64,000 nucleotides of DNA from Vicugna vicugna (lineage: Eukaryota). The notes under the pieces were generated by a model, which was given only the letters and a program-made list of their open reading frames with translations, was not told the origin of the DNA and made no database searches. Location: positions 668,872-732,871 of the forward strand of contig MU061579.1 in assembly GCA_013265495.1 (NCBI GenBank), read 5' to 3'. The first letter of the stretch is position 1; every line of letters begins with the position of its first letter. This document shows, in pieces, positions 39,800-52,300 of the stretch. The translations under genes were made by a program, and so were the position numbers.

Positions 39800-41260
39800 T
39801 TGGTTAGTGACGTCCAAGAGAATTGATCATTCATTTTTTCCTGAAACACATCTTCTACCTTATCATAGAACACTCCTCTGCCTTATCATGTGACACTCTC
39901 CTGGGTTTCTCCTCCCTCACTTCTCCTCTCTTCACAAGCTCCATCCATGTTTTACCTGATATCTAAATCTTAAAGTTCCTCTCCTTAAGAGACCCGAAGA
40001 ATTTCCATGACTTTATTCACTACCTATGTGCCAGTAACTCCAAAATACATACCCTTTAGCCTAGATATCTCTTTTTGATTTACAATAGCTTGCTTGACAA
40101 ATCTACTTGAATATGTCTTAAGTATCTCATGAGTTATATATTTAAAACAGCAGTCATGATTTTCCCCTCCATATTTCTGCCCAGATTTTCATTTTAGGAA
40201 ATGCCATCATCATTCAATCAATTACTGAAGACTCTTGACCTGAGACAAAGAGACTGCCAGAAATGTCTCCAGCAATGATGGATTTATTAGGGATCAGCCG
40301 AGAATTGCAATTTGGGGACTGCAATCATGGCGAGCCTTGTGCAAACCCCACATGGCAAGAGAAGGAGAACATTTTATAGAGAGGAAAGAGAAGTTGGGAG
40401 GGTCATAATGGACAGAGGTTATGGCTTTTCATTGGCTGAGTCCTTGCCAGGAAAGAAGAGTAGTATTTCTTCTTCCTGGCTGACTCTGCTATCTTCACAG
40501 TTGGGAGAGCTCCCCTCTGGTGTCCCAGACTTATGTGAGGTTTCTGTTTATTAATCTTTTATGAGACATAATGTAGATATTTCCTCCTCTCCATCACCAC
40601 TATCCTACTGAAAGACAACATTTTTCATCAATTCATTGATTTCTCTTGTCCAGAAGAAATCCATTCTTCACATAGCAGCCTATATTTAATTTTTAAAATG
40701 CAGGTCAAAGCATGTAACTCCCCTGCTTAAAGCTGTTAATTGTTTTCTGTAGTATGTAGAATAAAATCCAAAATGCTCATCATAGCATTCTGCTCATCTA
40801 CCTCCAGCCTGTCTTCTAACCTTATGGAACTCCATGTTTTTCTTTCTAAACGCTGATCAGCACATTTGACCAGTTCCAACTGAAGAATAGGACATGGAGG
40901 CAGGGAATTCATTTCCTATTCTTATGACCTTGATTTTTCCTTCCACGTTTTTGGCTTGAATGACTCCGTATTGTGTATGAAGCAAACACTCATCCTTGCA
41001 GTGGTGTTTCCCGATCACTCTGTCTAAACTAAACTCATGTATCATAGTCTTTCATGTAAACATTTGTTATTTCATCAGTAGTACAAGTCTGACATTATTT
41101 CATGTGTTCCATGATCATTTTTATATATTTCCTATTTGTCCATCTAAAAAGCAAGATGTCTGAGCCAGTGTCATCTTGCTCTTTTATTTACACTAACTAC
41201 AATGCTGCTTGTCACACTAGACACGAGATAATGTTAGTGGAACACATAAATGAATGAATA
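39800..41260 (+). mobile_element. L2 element (long 3' portion) interrupted by a solo LTR
   Basis: L2 phrases on both sides of the LTR ('tgcttgacaaatctacttgaatatgtcttaagtatctca', 'gtcaaagcatgtaactcccctgcttaaa', 'tagaataaaatccaaa'), ending 'ataaatgaatgaat'. Confidence 0.75.
40233..40563 (-). mobile_element. Solo ERV LTR, probably class I/ERV1 (4-bp TSD)
   Basis: On the minus strand, in order: CCAAT (40431-40435), TATAAAA (40372-40378), AATAAA (40283-40288), ending '...tcaggtcaaga'. AGAC direct repeats at 40229-40232 and 40564-40567. Confidence 0.8.
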
Positions 41261-43125
41261 TCCAAGTTACTCCTTGCTGGGGAGGCCGTGTTTCCTCATG
41301 AGGGAGAGAAAGAGCCAGAACAAATGACTTAATAAGATTCTGGCCCTTCGTGAGCTTCAAAGATAAGCAGTAAACATCCTCTGTGTCCAAGAAACATGAA
41401 TAAAAGGTTGCGTTGATATCTGTTAATGGGGAAAAAAAATAACCTGTTTTCACTGGCTTCTTTATAATGGAAAATTCACAGATGGGTGGTTATTCTTGAA
41501 AGAAAAAGAGAAAAAGGGAGGAACAAAAGAAAACTGTAGAGGTCTGAGGTACTAACACACTGTCGCTGTGTTTGTGCAGGTTGCTGAAGTAATCTATTCA
41601 GTTACGTATTCATTTTCTAATTAACTGATATGAGCAGTTCAAGTGCTGCCTAGTAGTTTATTGCTGCAGGTCAAAATGTCTCCGTGGATGTGCAATTCTA
41701 AAAATGGCTCTGCAATTACAGTAGTTTTATTTATCCGCAGGCACTCACAGCATCAAGCAGCTTCTAATTGCTTAGCAGAGAAAGACCTAGCCTTTTCCAG
41801 CCTGTCCTCCTCCCTGACCTACATGTAGAACAGATATCATCATTTCTGACAAGAAGACTGAGGACAGCCACAAATAATACGTGACAAAAGTAATTAATTT
41901 GTACGTGGGAGAACCTATCAATCCCTTGCAGCGAAGAGTTCTCTTAAGAAGAATATTCACAAAATTGCACAGTTTCCAGTCAGGTCCCTTGATAATTGGT
42001 GAATGTGAAATGCAGTGCCGGAACTTTAGAGAACCTGGTTCCGTCTCACATATGGCCTGTGATGCCCTAAAATTAGAATAACTGGTAGGGGTGACAGTGA
42101 CCCAAAACACGGCATATCTCACTTCTAGACAATTACTGTTAAAGACATAACCTATTTAAACAAAGTAACAGAGAAATGCACATAACATACGGACATATGG
42201 GCATAGTTTAAGGTAGCATTTTTAAAATTCCATTGCGAATAGGTTATTAGCAGGTAAAAATAGCAAATTAGCTTGCTCCAACTGTCTCCAGTTAGAGGGA
42301 AAGTTATTATTGGAATCCAGATGAATCTAATATTTATCTCTGGAAAGCCAGGCAAGAGAAGCTGAGGTTGTGAAGTTCAGGTGGAAAGATCATGAAGAAA
42401 ATACTTACTTTTTTGTTTACTTGAATCATACAAAGGTTCACTGATGCAAGTGTCATTTTGTAGAACAGTTCCCTACAACAAAGTCATTTTCATGTTCTAA
42501 GGCATGGCTCACTGTAATAGGACTGTGAAAATCTAATTAGAACAAATTTCCTTATTAGAAATTCTTTGTGAAAAATATTTCTTAATTTTTCTATGTGCTT
42601 CTTATAATGATAGCACCTGAGTTGTGATGAGAGATTGAAACTTCTCTTACATTGACTAATATGCAGGGTCTGTTTTGCCATTACCAGTATTTTTTGTTAA
42701 CACCTTTCATTTTCTTTCTTTAATGACCATATTAAATATACTACCAAAACTACAAAACAGCTTCCTTTGCTTTTATAATATCAGAGGCAAAACATACATA
42801 TAACATAACTCCTCTGTTCACATATGGAAATTTTCTAAAATCTAATTTTTTTCCTCTTTATTTGCTTATGTTTTTGGATCTCTGCTAAGAACTATTCCAT
42901 TCTTCCAGGATCATGAACATGTTCACTGATTAATTTTAATCTTTCATTAAATACTGATTATATACAAATAATAGTTTGTTCATGTGTGTTCAAATGATAA
43001 ACTGTAAAGTTAGTAACTGTGTTCTCCTCTAGACCATCACAAGGACCCAAGAACAGTTTAATTCAATTCACTGTTCTCCGTCTTCTTTTCAATTCTTGTT
43101 AAGATTTTAGTGTCTTATTTTCATC

Positions 43126-43576
43126 CATTATGTGGATTGATTGTGTCCCCTAGAAAGACATGTTTAAATTCTAAACCCCCTTGTCTGAGACTGTGACTTC
43201 AGTTGGACATAGGGTCTTTGCTGATGTAATCACGTTACAACAAGGTCATTCAGGAGTGGGGTGGAATCTAAATCAAATGTGACTGGTACCTTTACAAGAC
43301 GAGAAGGGATACACAGACACATAATGAGAATACCACTGGGTAACAGGAAAAGACTGGACGCTAGTGACTAGAGCAATGCATCTACAAGCCAAGGAATGCT
43401 AAGGTTTGGCAGCAACACCAGAAGCTAAGAGAAAGGCATGGAACAGACTCTCTCCTAGAGCCTTCAGAGAGAGTGCTGAATTTCTCACCTTCCAAAGCAC
43501 AAAAGAACAAATTTCTGTCCTTAATATCAACCTAGTTTGTGGTACTTTGTTACAGCAGCTCAAGGAAACTAACACA
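43126..43576 (+). mobile_element. MaLR solo LTR (MLT1B/C-like)
   Basis: 'attgattgtgtcccctagaaagacatgtt...atagggtctttgctgatgtaatca...ctacaagccaaggaatgc...caccagaagctaagagaaaggcatggaacagactctc...tttgtggtactttgttacagcagc...aaactaacaca'. Confidence 0.92.
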
Positions 43577-43579
43577 CCC

Positions 43580-44830
43580 TTCATATGTGATAAAAGTATT
43601 CTTGCTTGGTTCAATAAGTGTTTGTTTATATAGACCCATATATTTCCAATACCTTGGCTCATGATTTTTCATGTGAAACAATTTTCTATCTGGGATTCAT
43701 TCCTCTCTGTCTAGAGTATAACCTAAAATATGTGTAATGATGATTTTGATGGTAAAAAAAAAATAGCAAGCAGAAAACAAAACAAAAAAAACCAGATAAA
43801 TTTGTATTTATCCAAGCATGTGTTTATTTTGCCTTTATTCTTGGAAGATAGTCACTGGGTATATATTCTTAGGTTCACAATTATTTTCTCCTAGCACAAC
43901 ATATGAAGTGATATTGCTGTTGGAAAGTCAGCTCAGTCTCATCTTGGTGACTTGTAGGCAATTAATTTTATTTCAGTATGTAATTTTTAAATATTTTCTT
44001 GAATGTTTGTTTTGTGCAGATTGACTATGATGAATCTAAGTTCAGGTTTCTTTTTACGTATGCTGTTAAGAATTGATTAGATTTCCTAAGTCTGATAATT
44101 ATTCCCTTTAAGTATAGGAAAATTATCGGATACTGCATCTTCGAATATCGTCACTTCTCTTTCTTACGCATTTAAGCATATTACACCTTCTCAGTCATCC
44201 ATATTTCTGTCTTCTCTTCAATATACTTATCATTTTTTCTTCAGTGATTCTATTTGCAAAATTTATTCATCTATATAATTCAGTATGCATTTTAGTCAAT
44301 CCTTTTTCTTATCTCCTCAGGTATTTGCATTGTCTCCTAAGTATTCATAACTTAATTATTTTATCTACTTATCTACAATAATGTATACTTGATTAAATTT
44401 TAATGTCTTATAACCCCTATATCTGTGCTTTTTGGCAATCTGACTTTTCTTTCTCTCGTTTCCTAAGTTCTTGCTCGTGATTGTTTCTTTTATTATTGGC
44501 TGTGTAATTTTTTTTTAAACTGTGATTTTATTTCTTCTGGAACATTATCTATGGGATTTTTGTAAGGCCTGACTGAAAGAAGCATATCTCTGGAGAGTAC
44601 TTGCGTTTGCTTCTCTCTGGTGCCTGAAGGTACTTACATGGGATCACTTAAAAATAAATTCTCAGTTCGAAAGTTTTAGCTCACTAGCTGCAAACCCAGA
44701 TGAGGGCCACTTTGTGAGTATGAATTCTCACGAGAGTTTTTTTTTTTCTTTCCATCCAGTGCCAAAACCCCAACAGACAAGTTTCTTTGTTATTTTTTTC
44801 CCCTGTAATAAATTTATTCCCCTTTTACTT
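43580..44830 (-). mobile_element. Old L1M ORF1/5' region fragment
   Basis: 'ttattttgcctttattcttggaagatagtcactgggtatatattcttaggttcacaattattttctcctagcac...ttgactatgatgaatctaag...ggaaaattatcgg' is typical antisense L1M ORF1. Confidence 0.6.
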
Positions 44831-44834
44831 CATT

Positions 44835-45900
44835 CTGCTAGTGGAAGTGCAACTGAGCACAACAGGCCTTGAAAACTGTTTAATTACTATTAATAAATTT
44901 GAATATACATATGCCCTTTGGTCCCATAATTTGTCTCCTCTGTATATGTTCAACAAAAATGTGTGCACAAGTGCAACAAAATTACAAGCATATTGATGGA
45001 TACAGTAGCTTTACAAAAAAACCAGTGTAGCCTAAATGCCCACTAAAAATAGAGTAAATAAATTTAGGTATAGAATACAGACTATTACACAGGAAATAGA
45101 TGGAGTATACTGCTGCTGCTGCAGGCAGAATCCTAAGAGAACAAAATTACCCAGACACAGAATATTTACTACATGATTCCATTTATATAAAGTTTTAAAG
45201 AGGCAAAGCTAACCTAAAATATTGGGTGTCAAGAAGATGATGGACTCCAGGGAAAGGATAGGATAAAGTCAGGGAGAAGTTCCGGGGTGGTCTCTGACAA
45301 CAGGTACGGTTACAGGGCTGTGTTCACTTAGTTATTATTCTTTGAATACTGTGATGGTTAGTTTTATGTGTCATGGCCATGGAGCGCCCAAAGTCTGGGT
45401 GTGTCTGTGAAGGTGTTTCCGTATAAGGTTAGCATTTGAATTGGTGGACTCAATAAAGCACGTGACCCTTTTGAATACGGGTGGGCATTGTCCAACCCCC
45501 TGAGAGTCTGAGTAAAATGATGGATAGAGGAAGGAGAAATTTGCCCTGTTATTCTTCATGCCTGCCTGCCTGCTTGGGCTGGGACATCTCATCTCACTTT
45601 CTCCAGCTCTTTGACTGGGGAGCTGGGATTTATACCACATGAGCTCCCCTGGTTCTCAGACTGATTATACTACTGGTTTTGCTGGGTCCCCAGCTTGCAC
45701 CCATCAGATCGTGAGACTTCTCAACCTCCGTAATGATGTCAGAGAATTCCTCATGATAAATCTATCTGTCACCTGTCTATCTATCTCCCACTGTTTCCGG
45801 ATTCTATGAAGAAAACTGACAAATGAAAATATACATTTATGACTGTTGTACTTTATGCCTGTAAATATACTTAACTAAAAAAAAAAAAAAGAAAAAGGAA
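44835..45900 (+). mobile_element. L1ME-type 3' end interrupted by an MLT2 LTR
   Basis: 'gctagtggaagtgcaactgagcacaac...atacatatgccctttggtcccataatt...acatgattccatttatataaagttttaaagaggcaaagctaacct'. It resumes after the LTR with 'atacatttatgactgttgtacttt' and a poly-A. Confidence 0.75.
45350..45827 (+). mobile_element. MLT2 (ERVL) solo LTR
   Basis: Starts 'tgtgatggttagttttatgtgtca', includes 'ctgggtgtgtctgtgaaggtgtttcc...ttagcatttgaattggtggact', ends 'gaaaactgacaaatgaa'. 5-bp TSD aatac (45345-45349) / aatat (45828-45832). Confidence 0.9.
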
Positions 45901-45909
45901 GTGTGTATT

Positions 45910-46480
45910 GAACCATACTTTCAGCTTCCTTAATTCCCCTGACTGACTCACTGGGTACTTAGGATATAAAATGTATAATTCTCATCAAAGTGTACTTAGC
46001 CAGACAAAGTCAACTGCCCATCTTCCTCTGCAACCTAGTGGAGAGTCATTACCCTTCTCTCAACCACATTGTTACTTTGTTTCCTTCAGATACCAGCCTG
46101 TTTTCCACGTTAAGGCATTTTCAAGTATCATTCTTTCTTTCTGGCCTTCTCTTTCCCATACTTGCAATATATTTGCTTTTTATTCAAACTTTAACTCTCT
46201 GATAAATGTCACTTTTAACAGGACACTTTAATGGATCCCCAATCTAAATTATAGTCTACCTCACCCCCATTTTGTTTTATAGATCCTATTATTTTCCTTT
46301 ATAGCTCTTACTAGGATGTATAATTTTGGTAGTTATGTGAATGATGTCTGTCTTCCCCTGCTTTACTGTAAGTTTCATAATAGCAGAGTCTATTTTTATT
46401 TTATTCTCCATTGTACACCCTTTTATGCTCCTAGCCTGCACATGGTTCAGAGTGGATACACTGTTTGCTGAATGAATTAA
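45910..46480 (+). mobile_element. L2 3' end
   Basis: 'atgtctgtcttcccctgctttactgtaagtttcataatagcagagtc...cctagcctgcacatggttcagagtggatacactgtttgctgaatgaatt'. Confidence 0.7.
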
Positions 46481-47011
46481 GAATTTGATCTATCTTTATT
46501 GTAACAAAAATTAAAGAGGGGATAGGAAATGGAAATTAATCTTCTACCACTCATCGTTTTATTTTATCACTATTGTTTTAAGGAATTACGAATGTCATTT
46601 CCAGGGGTCACTATTTCTTATCTTTGTTATCTACATGTGATATACTCTGACACCAGAACTAGAAAAGCACCAGAAAATATTTAAAATACTTAAAATAAAT
46701 TATATTAGGGCAGCGCTGAACTGAGAAAGAAAAGTTTAACATTTATTTATAAAAGCAGTTTCTCTAAGACGATTGTTTTTCATGAGTATCCATCCTCAGT
46801 CATGGAGTAACGGATAATCTTGACTGAGGAAGAGACTAAAATAAACTGAACATGAAATTCACTAAGAGATGAGAATTTTATATATCTTAGGTCTGAAAAC
46901 TTTGTTTCTCATTGTGCAATCAATTTTGTCTCAGATCTCAGGTCGAAAAATATATAATTTCCAGAGAGTAATACATGAAAAAAAGCAAGCCAACATAATC
47001 CTCTACAAGGT

Positions 47012-47565
47012 TGCATCAGTTATCTATTGCTTAGTAACAAACATTCCCACATCTTAGTCCCTTAAGTAATAACCATTAATTTTGTTCATAATTTTGTTGA
47101 TCAGTGATTTAGCCTGAGCTCATTTGAGCAGTTCTTCTGGTCTCAATGGTCTTTCTTTTGTGTCTGTGAAAACTGTGAGCGCTCAGTCTGCTTCTAGGTG
47201 TAAGCTGCCTGAACAGTGGAACTCTCTTACATGTTGTCTCTCATACTCCAGCAGGCTAGTCCAGACTGTTTGTCATGGTGGAGATACAGTAAGAAAAGAG
47301 AGAGAGACAGACAGACAGATGAAAAAGAGGGAGGAGGAAGGGGAGAAGGAGAAGGAGAAGGAGGTTAATTTGTCTTCAGAGCTCTTAAGGACAAATCTTA
47401 GAACTTGTACACAAAACATTGTATTCCATTTAAAAAGAAAATTTCTGCACATATTTCAGAAGTGGAAAAATAAACTTCACTTGTTGAAAGAATAAGCTGC
47501 AAAATCATATTCTATGGATACAAGAGGTCATTGGCTGGGGCCATTATTGCAGTCAATCTACCACA
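47012..47565 (-). mobile_element. MaLR LTR (MLT1H-J-like) with an internal GA-rich tract
   Basis: 'tgcatcagttatctattgcttagtaacaaacattcccacatcttagt...tctctcatactccagcaggctagtccagact...ggggccattattgcagtcaatctaccaca'. Confidence 0.75.
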
Positions 47566-48324
47566 AGTATTTATCAATCAACCAACACTGAATTTATTGA
47601 ATATTTATATTATACTCAGTATGTATTTAATATGTTTAACATTTATATTATATTCAGTATTTATTGAATATATATGTTACAAACTTTATTACCATAAACT
47701 AAATGAGACACAGAAGTATGAAGTATTACTTCCTACAAATTCCTTAAATGTAACCAGTTTAGTTAATCATGATATACTGTTACGATTTTCACTCTATTTT
47801 TGCCCAATTTAATTTAAGAAATATGACACCATTTCTTTTATTAAAGGGGGAGTATACTGCCAGAGACACTCAATGAGAGAAGGAGGGTGTTAAAGAAAGA
47901 ACGTGTCTTACAAAGTAATGTAGACATTTCAGAAAGTCAAGCTGGTGGTCTCAGAAATTGTAAAGAGGTCATCTAGGGTGAGAAGACAGCCCACGAGGAA
48001 ATGCCAGTCAACTATCACAAACACAGGAAATCAAAAGAGTAATGAAAACCTTATGGTGGAGTAATGACAAGAGAACGGAGAAGAAAGTGTGTACATATGA
48101 TTGTCTTAGTAAAGCAGAGTTGATAATTCTGAGAATTATCTCTCCCTCTATAGTTTTACATGAAATTCTGATTCCTTAAGATAAAATGATCATAAGACAC
48201 CAGCATTAATTTATGGGTAAGAAAACAGCCACATGGGTACTGGTAATCAAGATATCTTGGTTATTTATCATGCTGATCATCAATATATCAAAAGAAATGA
48301 AAATTTACATAGAAATTTCACACG

Positions 48325-48732
48325 CATCAATTATCTATCTGTGTGAGGTTGGATTTTTATTTTTTTCCACACATGCCAACCAAAACAACATATTGTAAAC
48401 ACTTGTGTATGGAAGCCGATATGAGGATCTGAATGCCATCTATTAAGCCAGACATTAAAGAAATTTGTAAAATGTAACTTAATGCCACTCTTTCTCCTTT
48501 TTTTCTTTTTCAACAAATACAGCTAATTTTCACAAAAAAATTGTTTTATGGTAATGTGTAACTTGTCTACTATTATTTTAAATAAATTAATGCATTATAA
48601 CTTTAAAATTAGTTTTATTTAAAATACAATAAATGTCAATTGATATAACCCATATAAACCAACTTAGTTGGCAACCTTGGTAACTAAAAAATTGTAAAGA
48701 AGTTTTGAGAACAAAATGTATGAGAACTTCTG
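48325..48732 (+). mobile_element. Charlie1-like hAT transposon 3' end with a decayed transposase C-terminus
   Basis: YLCEVGF in ORF 48213-48398 matches the hAT motif TYLCE.GFS. Then 'gaagccgatatgaggatc...tctattaagccagacattaaagaaatttgt' (EADMRI...SIKPDIKEIC). Terminus 'tgagaacttctg'. Confidence 0.8.
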
Positions 48733-49059
48733 ATATAAACAAAATACTTTAACGAAGTGATAAATAGATTATTGCTGGGTGTATTCACTGGATAAATAAG
48801 GGACTTGGGGAAGGCTGAAGGCTGTAATGTTGCCTTGTCCTGAAGGTGAGCAAGAAATAAAAATTTAAAAGTATAGGTATCTATTTAAGCTAGAGACTCA
48901 AAAAGTTATTTTATTATTTCTTATTTATTTTCTATGATTTTTCAAACAAGCAGTATGAACAAACATACAAAACCATAGAAGGGACCAATGCTTTCTGGAG
49001 ATAGTAAAAAATCCAGCACACCTTTGGAGAAAAACAGAAATCAAAGAGGCAGAGGAGCA

Positions 49060-49300
49060 AAACACAAGACAGCTTTGAATGCTCTGGTGTGTATATGATT
49101 GGCCTTTCTTCTGCACTGGAGGGCTTCCGAGAATGGTATGAAGACAATGGAGTGGTCAGGTTTGAGTTTGCAATGAGAATTTGTGGCAGTGTAGAAGAGA
49201 TAGCAAGACCATCAGTTGAGAGGCTTCTATAATAATCTTGGTGACATGACGAAGGCCTTAACCAGCCAGGCAGTGTGATCACAGAAAACATGGATTAAAG
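49060..49300 (-). mobile_element. L2 fragment
   Basis: 'gcaagaccatcagttgagaggcttctataataatcttggtgacatgacgaaggccttaaccagccaggcagtg'. Confidence 0.6.
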
Positions 49301-52300
49301 GTATGCAAATGACAGTGATGTGATATGTATGCTTCCCTAATTTGAAAAGAAAAAATATTTAGAACAAATGATAACCCCTGCCCGTAGAAGTTTATGCAAA
49401 ACTTACATTTTAGCTTTGAATAGATAATTAGCACATTTGATAGACAACTAAAATGTGTTACATGATAACAAACCTCAATTACCTACTCCCAACTGTGGTG
49501 GCTTAAAAGAGATGAAGGTTAGATTAGTCAGGACATGAATGAAGGAAGGCACGTGGGAACAAGTGTGGGGTATTTGTAGTTCTCCAAAGGAGAGCTGTTG
49601 GTTTGAGAGTAGAAAGGAGATGTAGTTGTTTAAGTTGGAGGATTTAGATGGGTAAGGACTGAAAATCAGATGGGAGTTAACTTCCTGGAACTGCTGGGAA
49701 ACTAGCTAGGAAGACCCAACACGGGATGTTGAATGAATGAGTCAATTCACATGAGTGAAGGACAGTTAGGAAAGGATTAGTCTGGTTAACTGTTTCTTTA
49801 GCAAAGGAGAAACCATTAATTAGCAGTCCATACCTGGATATTTTAAAGCCCAGGTGGAAGTAAACTCAACAATATAAACCTTATAGAAAATGACTACACT
49901 TACCTTATTGCTATGTAAAATCATTTTAACTTGCATGTTATTACAGTATCTCTTTATAACTTGCAAAGCATAAGCCAAATGTGGCTGTTGTTAATTTTTA
50001 AATTAAAAAAAAAGAAGAAACAATTTACCCATCTTTGTTAAAGCACCATCTTTAATGAAGTAAATACCGATATGATGTCATAAATTTCAGTTACATTTTC
50101 TTGCATTTTCAGAAATGCTTATAAAGACTACTTATGTGTAAAATCTAACAAATTGATAAAAAATGGTAATACAAATGTTCCTATTACAAGAAGAGCAGAG
50201 TTAACCACCTGAAGGTAAGGAACTGAAAAGCGATGCTGCTTTCTGCTCTTTGAAATAGTCAAAATATAATTTACTCTGTTTTCTTATGGAAAGCACCAAT
50301 AAACAGGATTCTTACTAATTTAAAACACCAGAAAGTTCCTGCCATCCTTATTTTATTTAACATAGATAACATACAGTTGCTGATATATCACAAGCTGTCA
50401 TATTTTAATACAATTTCAATAAAATGTTAACTGTATTGTGCATTTAATATAATAGACAATGTATAGCACTGATTTGAGATTGGGTATAAAGCACTGTATA
50501 ATACTATGATGTAAAATGCATTACACTGCAATGTACATTTAATTAGAAATACAATATATATAGCACAGGTCATGCAGATACTTAAAAACAAAATTGTAAA
50601 TATAGAATATTATAGCAACATTACTTAAAACTTCCATATCAATTCTTGCATTGGAATGATAAAGGCAATTGTGACTCCTATTTAAAAAAATAATTAGAAA
50701 GTTAAGTTACTTCTAAAACTCCGTATTTTCCACTGAAATTAAAAATAAAGGTTATTTTCAAACTGAAAATGAGATGTTATATATCATGTGAGATTACTTT
50801 ATAAAGCTTGCTGGGGCAAACAGAAGAAAAGCTTAACATTTAATGATTGGCAAACTCCCAAACACCCTAATTTTTATTATCCTAGATATATTTTATGGCA
50901 ACATAGATTTAACTCTCTAACTGTCAAATAGACTGAACATAACAAAATGCTTTTTTGATTAAACTTATATTAGAGATATTGACACTATTAAAGCTGCAAA
51001 ATATCTGGATTATTTAACCATCCTCTAGGCGATGTCGTGACAATACATTGTTACTTTTTCAAAGCATTTGTAAATAAGCAGTTTATATCTGTGTTCCATG
51101 CACTTCCTTGGCATAACAGGATGCTGAAGACTGCATTTGAAAGCATTCCACTATTTGTCCATTTTACCTTATGTGCCACTTTTCCCTTTTGCGAAACAAT
51201 GTAATTTTACACAAAAGCAAAATCTATATATTATGGTAACATATGAGCCATAGTAGAGGTGATATTAAAAGTAAAAATGAAATACATCTCGCAATAGAGC
51301 GTAAATACTACGCACACATTATTTGAGCTTACATTTAAGCCGAGAGGGAGATTATTTAGCCAAGGAGAGGAAACTAAGATGACCCTGGGCGATTTGTTAA
51401 CTCAGGAGAGTCGTAACACAGTTTCTGAGTGTTCAGCATTTAAACTGACAACTTATATTTCCAAACTGCTCTTCAATTCCATAGGAAATTTTCTATTTTG
51501 GGGAAGGTATCAAGTGTCAGACATACACACACAAAAGAAAAAATGAAAAGAAATGTAAAAAGAGAAGAAGAAAACATTTTAACTGGGAATAAATAGAGAC
51601 AGCTAGCTAGATAGCTGTGACAAAAAGCATGGAGTCAGGGAAAAAGTCACTGGTCTGGAGACCTAGAGGCCCCACTGGATGGAACTTCTGCTACTGACTC
51701 TGCAACCTTCACCAACACGGCCAGCTGCTACGTGGACGTTTAAGGTATATTCACCAAAATATTAATAATTTATAGTAATCATGATAATGGTGTCATTAGC
51801 CACCACGACTGCCCCAATCATAACAACAAATAAGCATTTTTTACTTAAGGAATTTATAAATAAGCAAATGATTGGAGGAAGAGGAAATGATAAAATTTAA
51901 TAAGTAAAGCTAATTTTTAAAAAATCAAGTAAATAAGTAAGTCATTATCAGAGAATTAAAAAGTAATGTGAAAAATACAAGAAAAGATAGATTAGGATAA
52001 GAGGGTTTAGACTTTTGGAAAAGAGGGCTGGACTTTTAAATAGGATGGTCAAAATATTTCAATGAATCATAACTCAGTCCCCCACGGTAACTATTCAAAA
52101 TGGCAATAATACTCGGATGCTTAAATTCTGGTGTATTTTACTAAATAGGGAAACAACAACAACAACAACAATCCCCCAAAAATCACTATCTTGAGCAACA
52201 GGGAATAAATCGAACTCCTCTGCTGAAAGTTAGCCCAGCCAAAAATCAAACAGACCTATAACATCTCTAAGCCGTCTCTTCTCTCTTCTACGCAGTTTGC

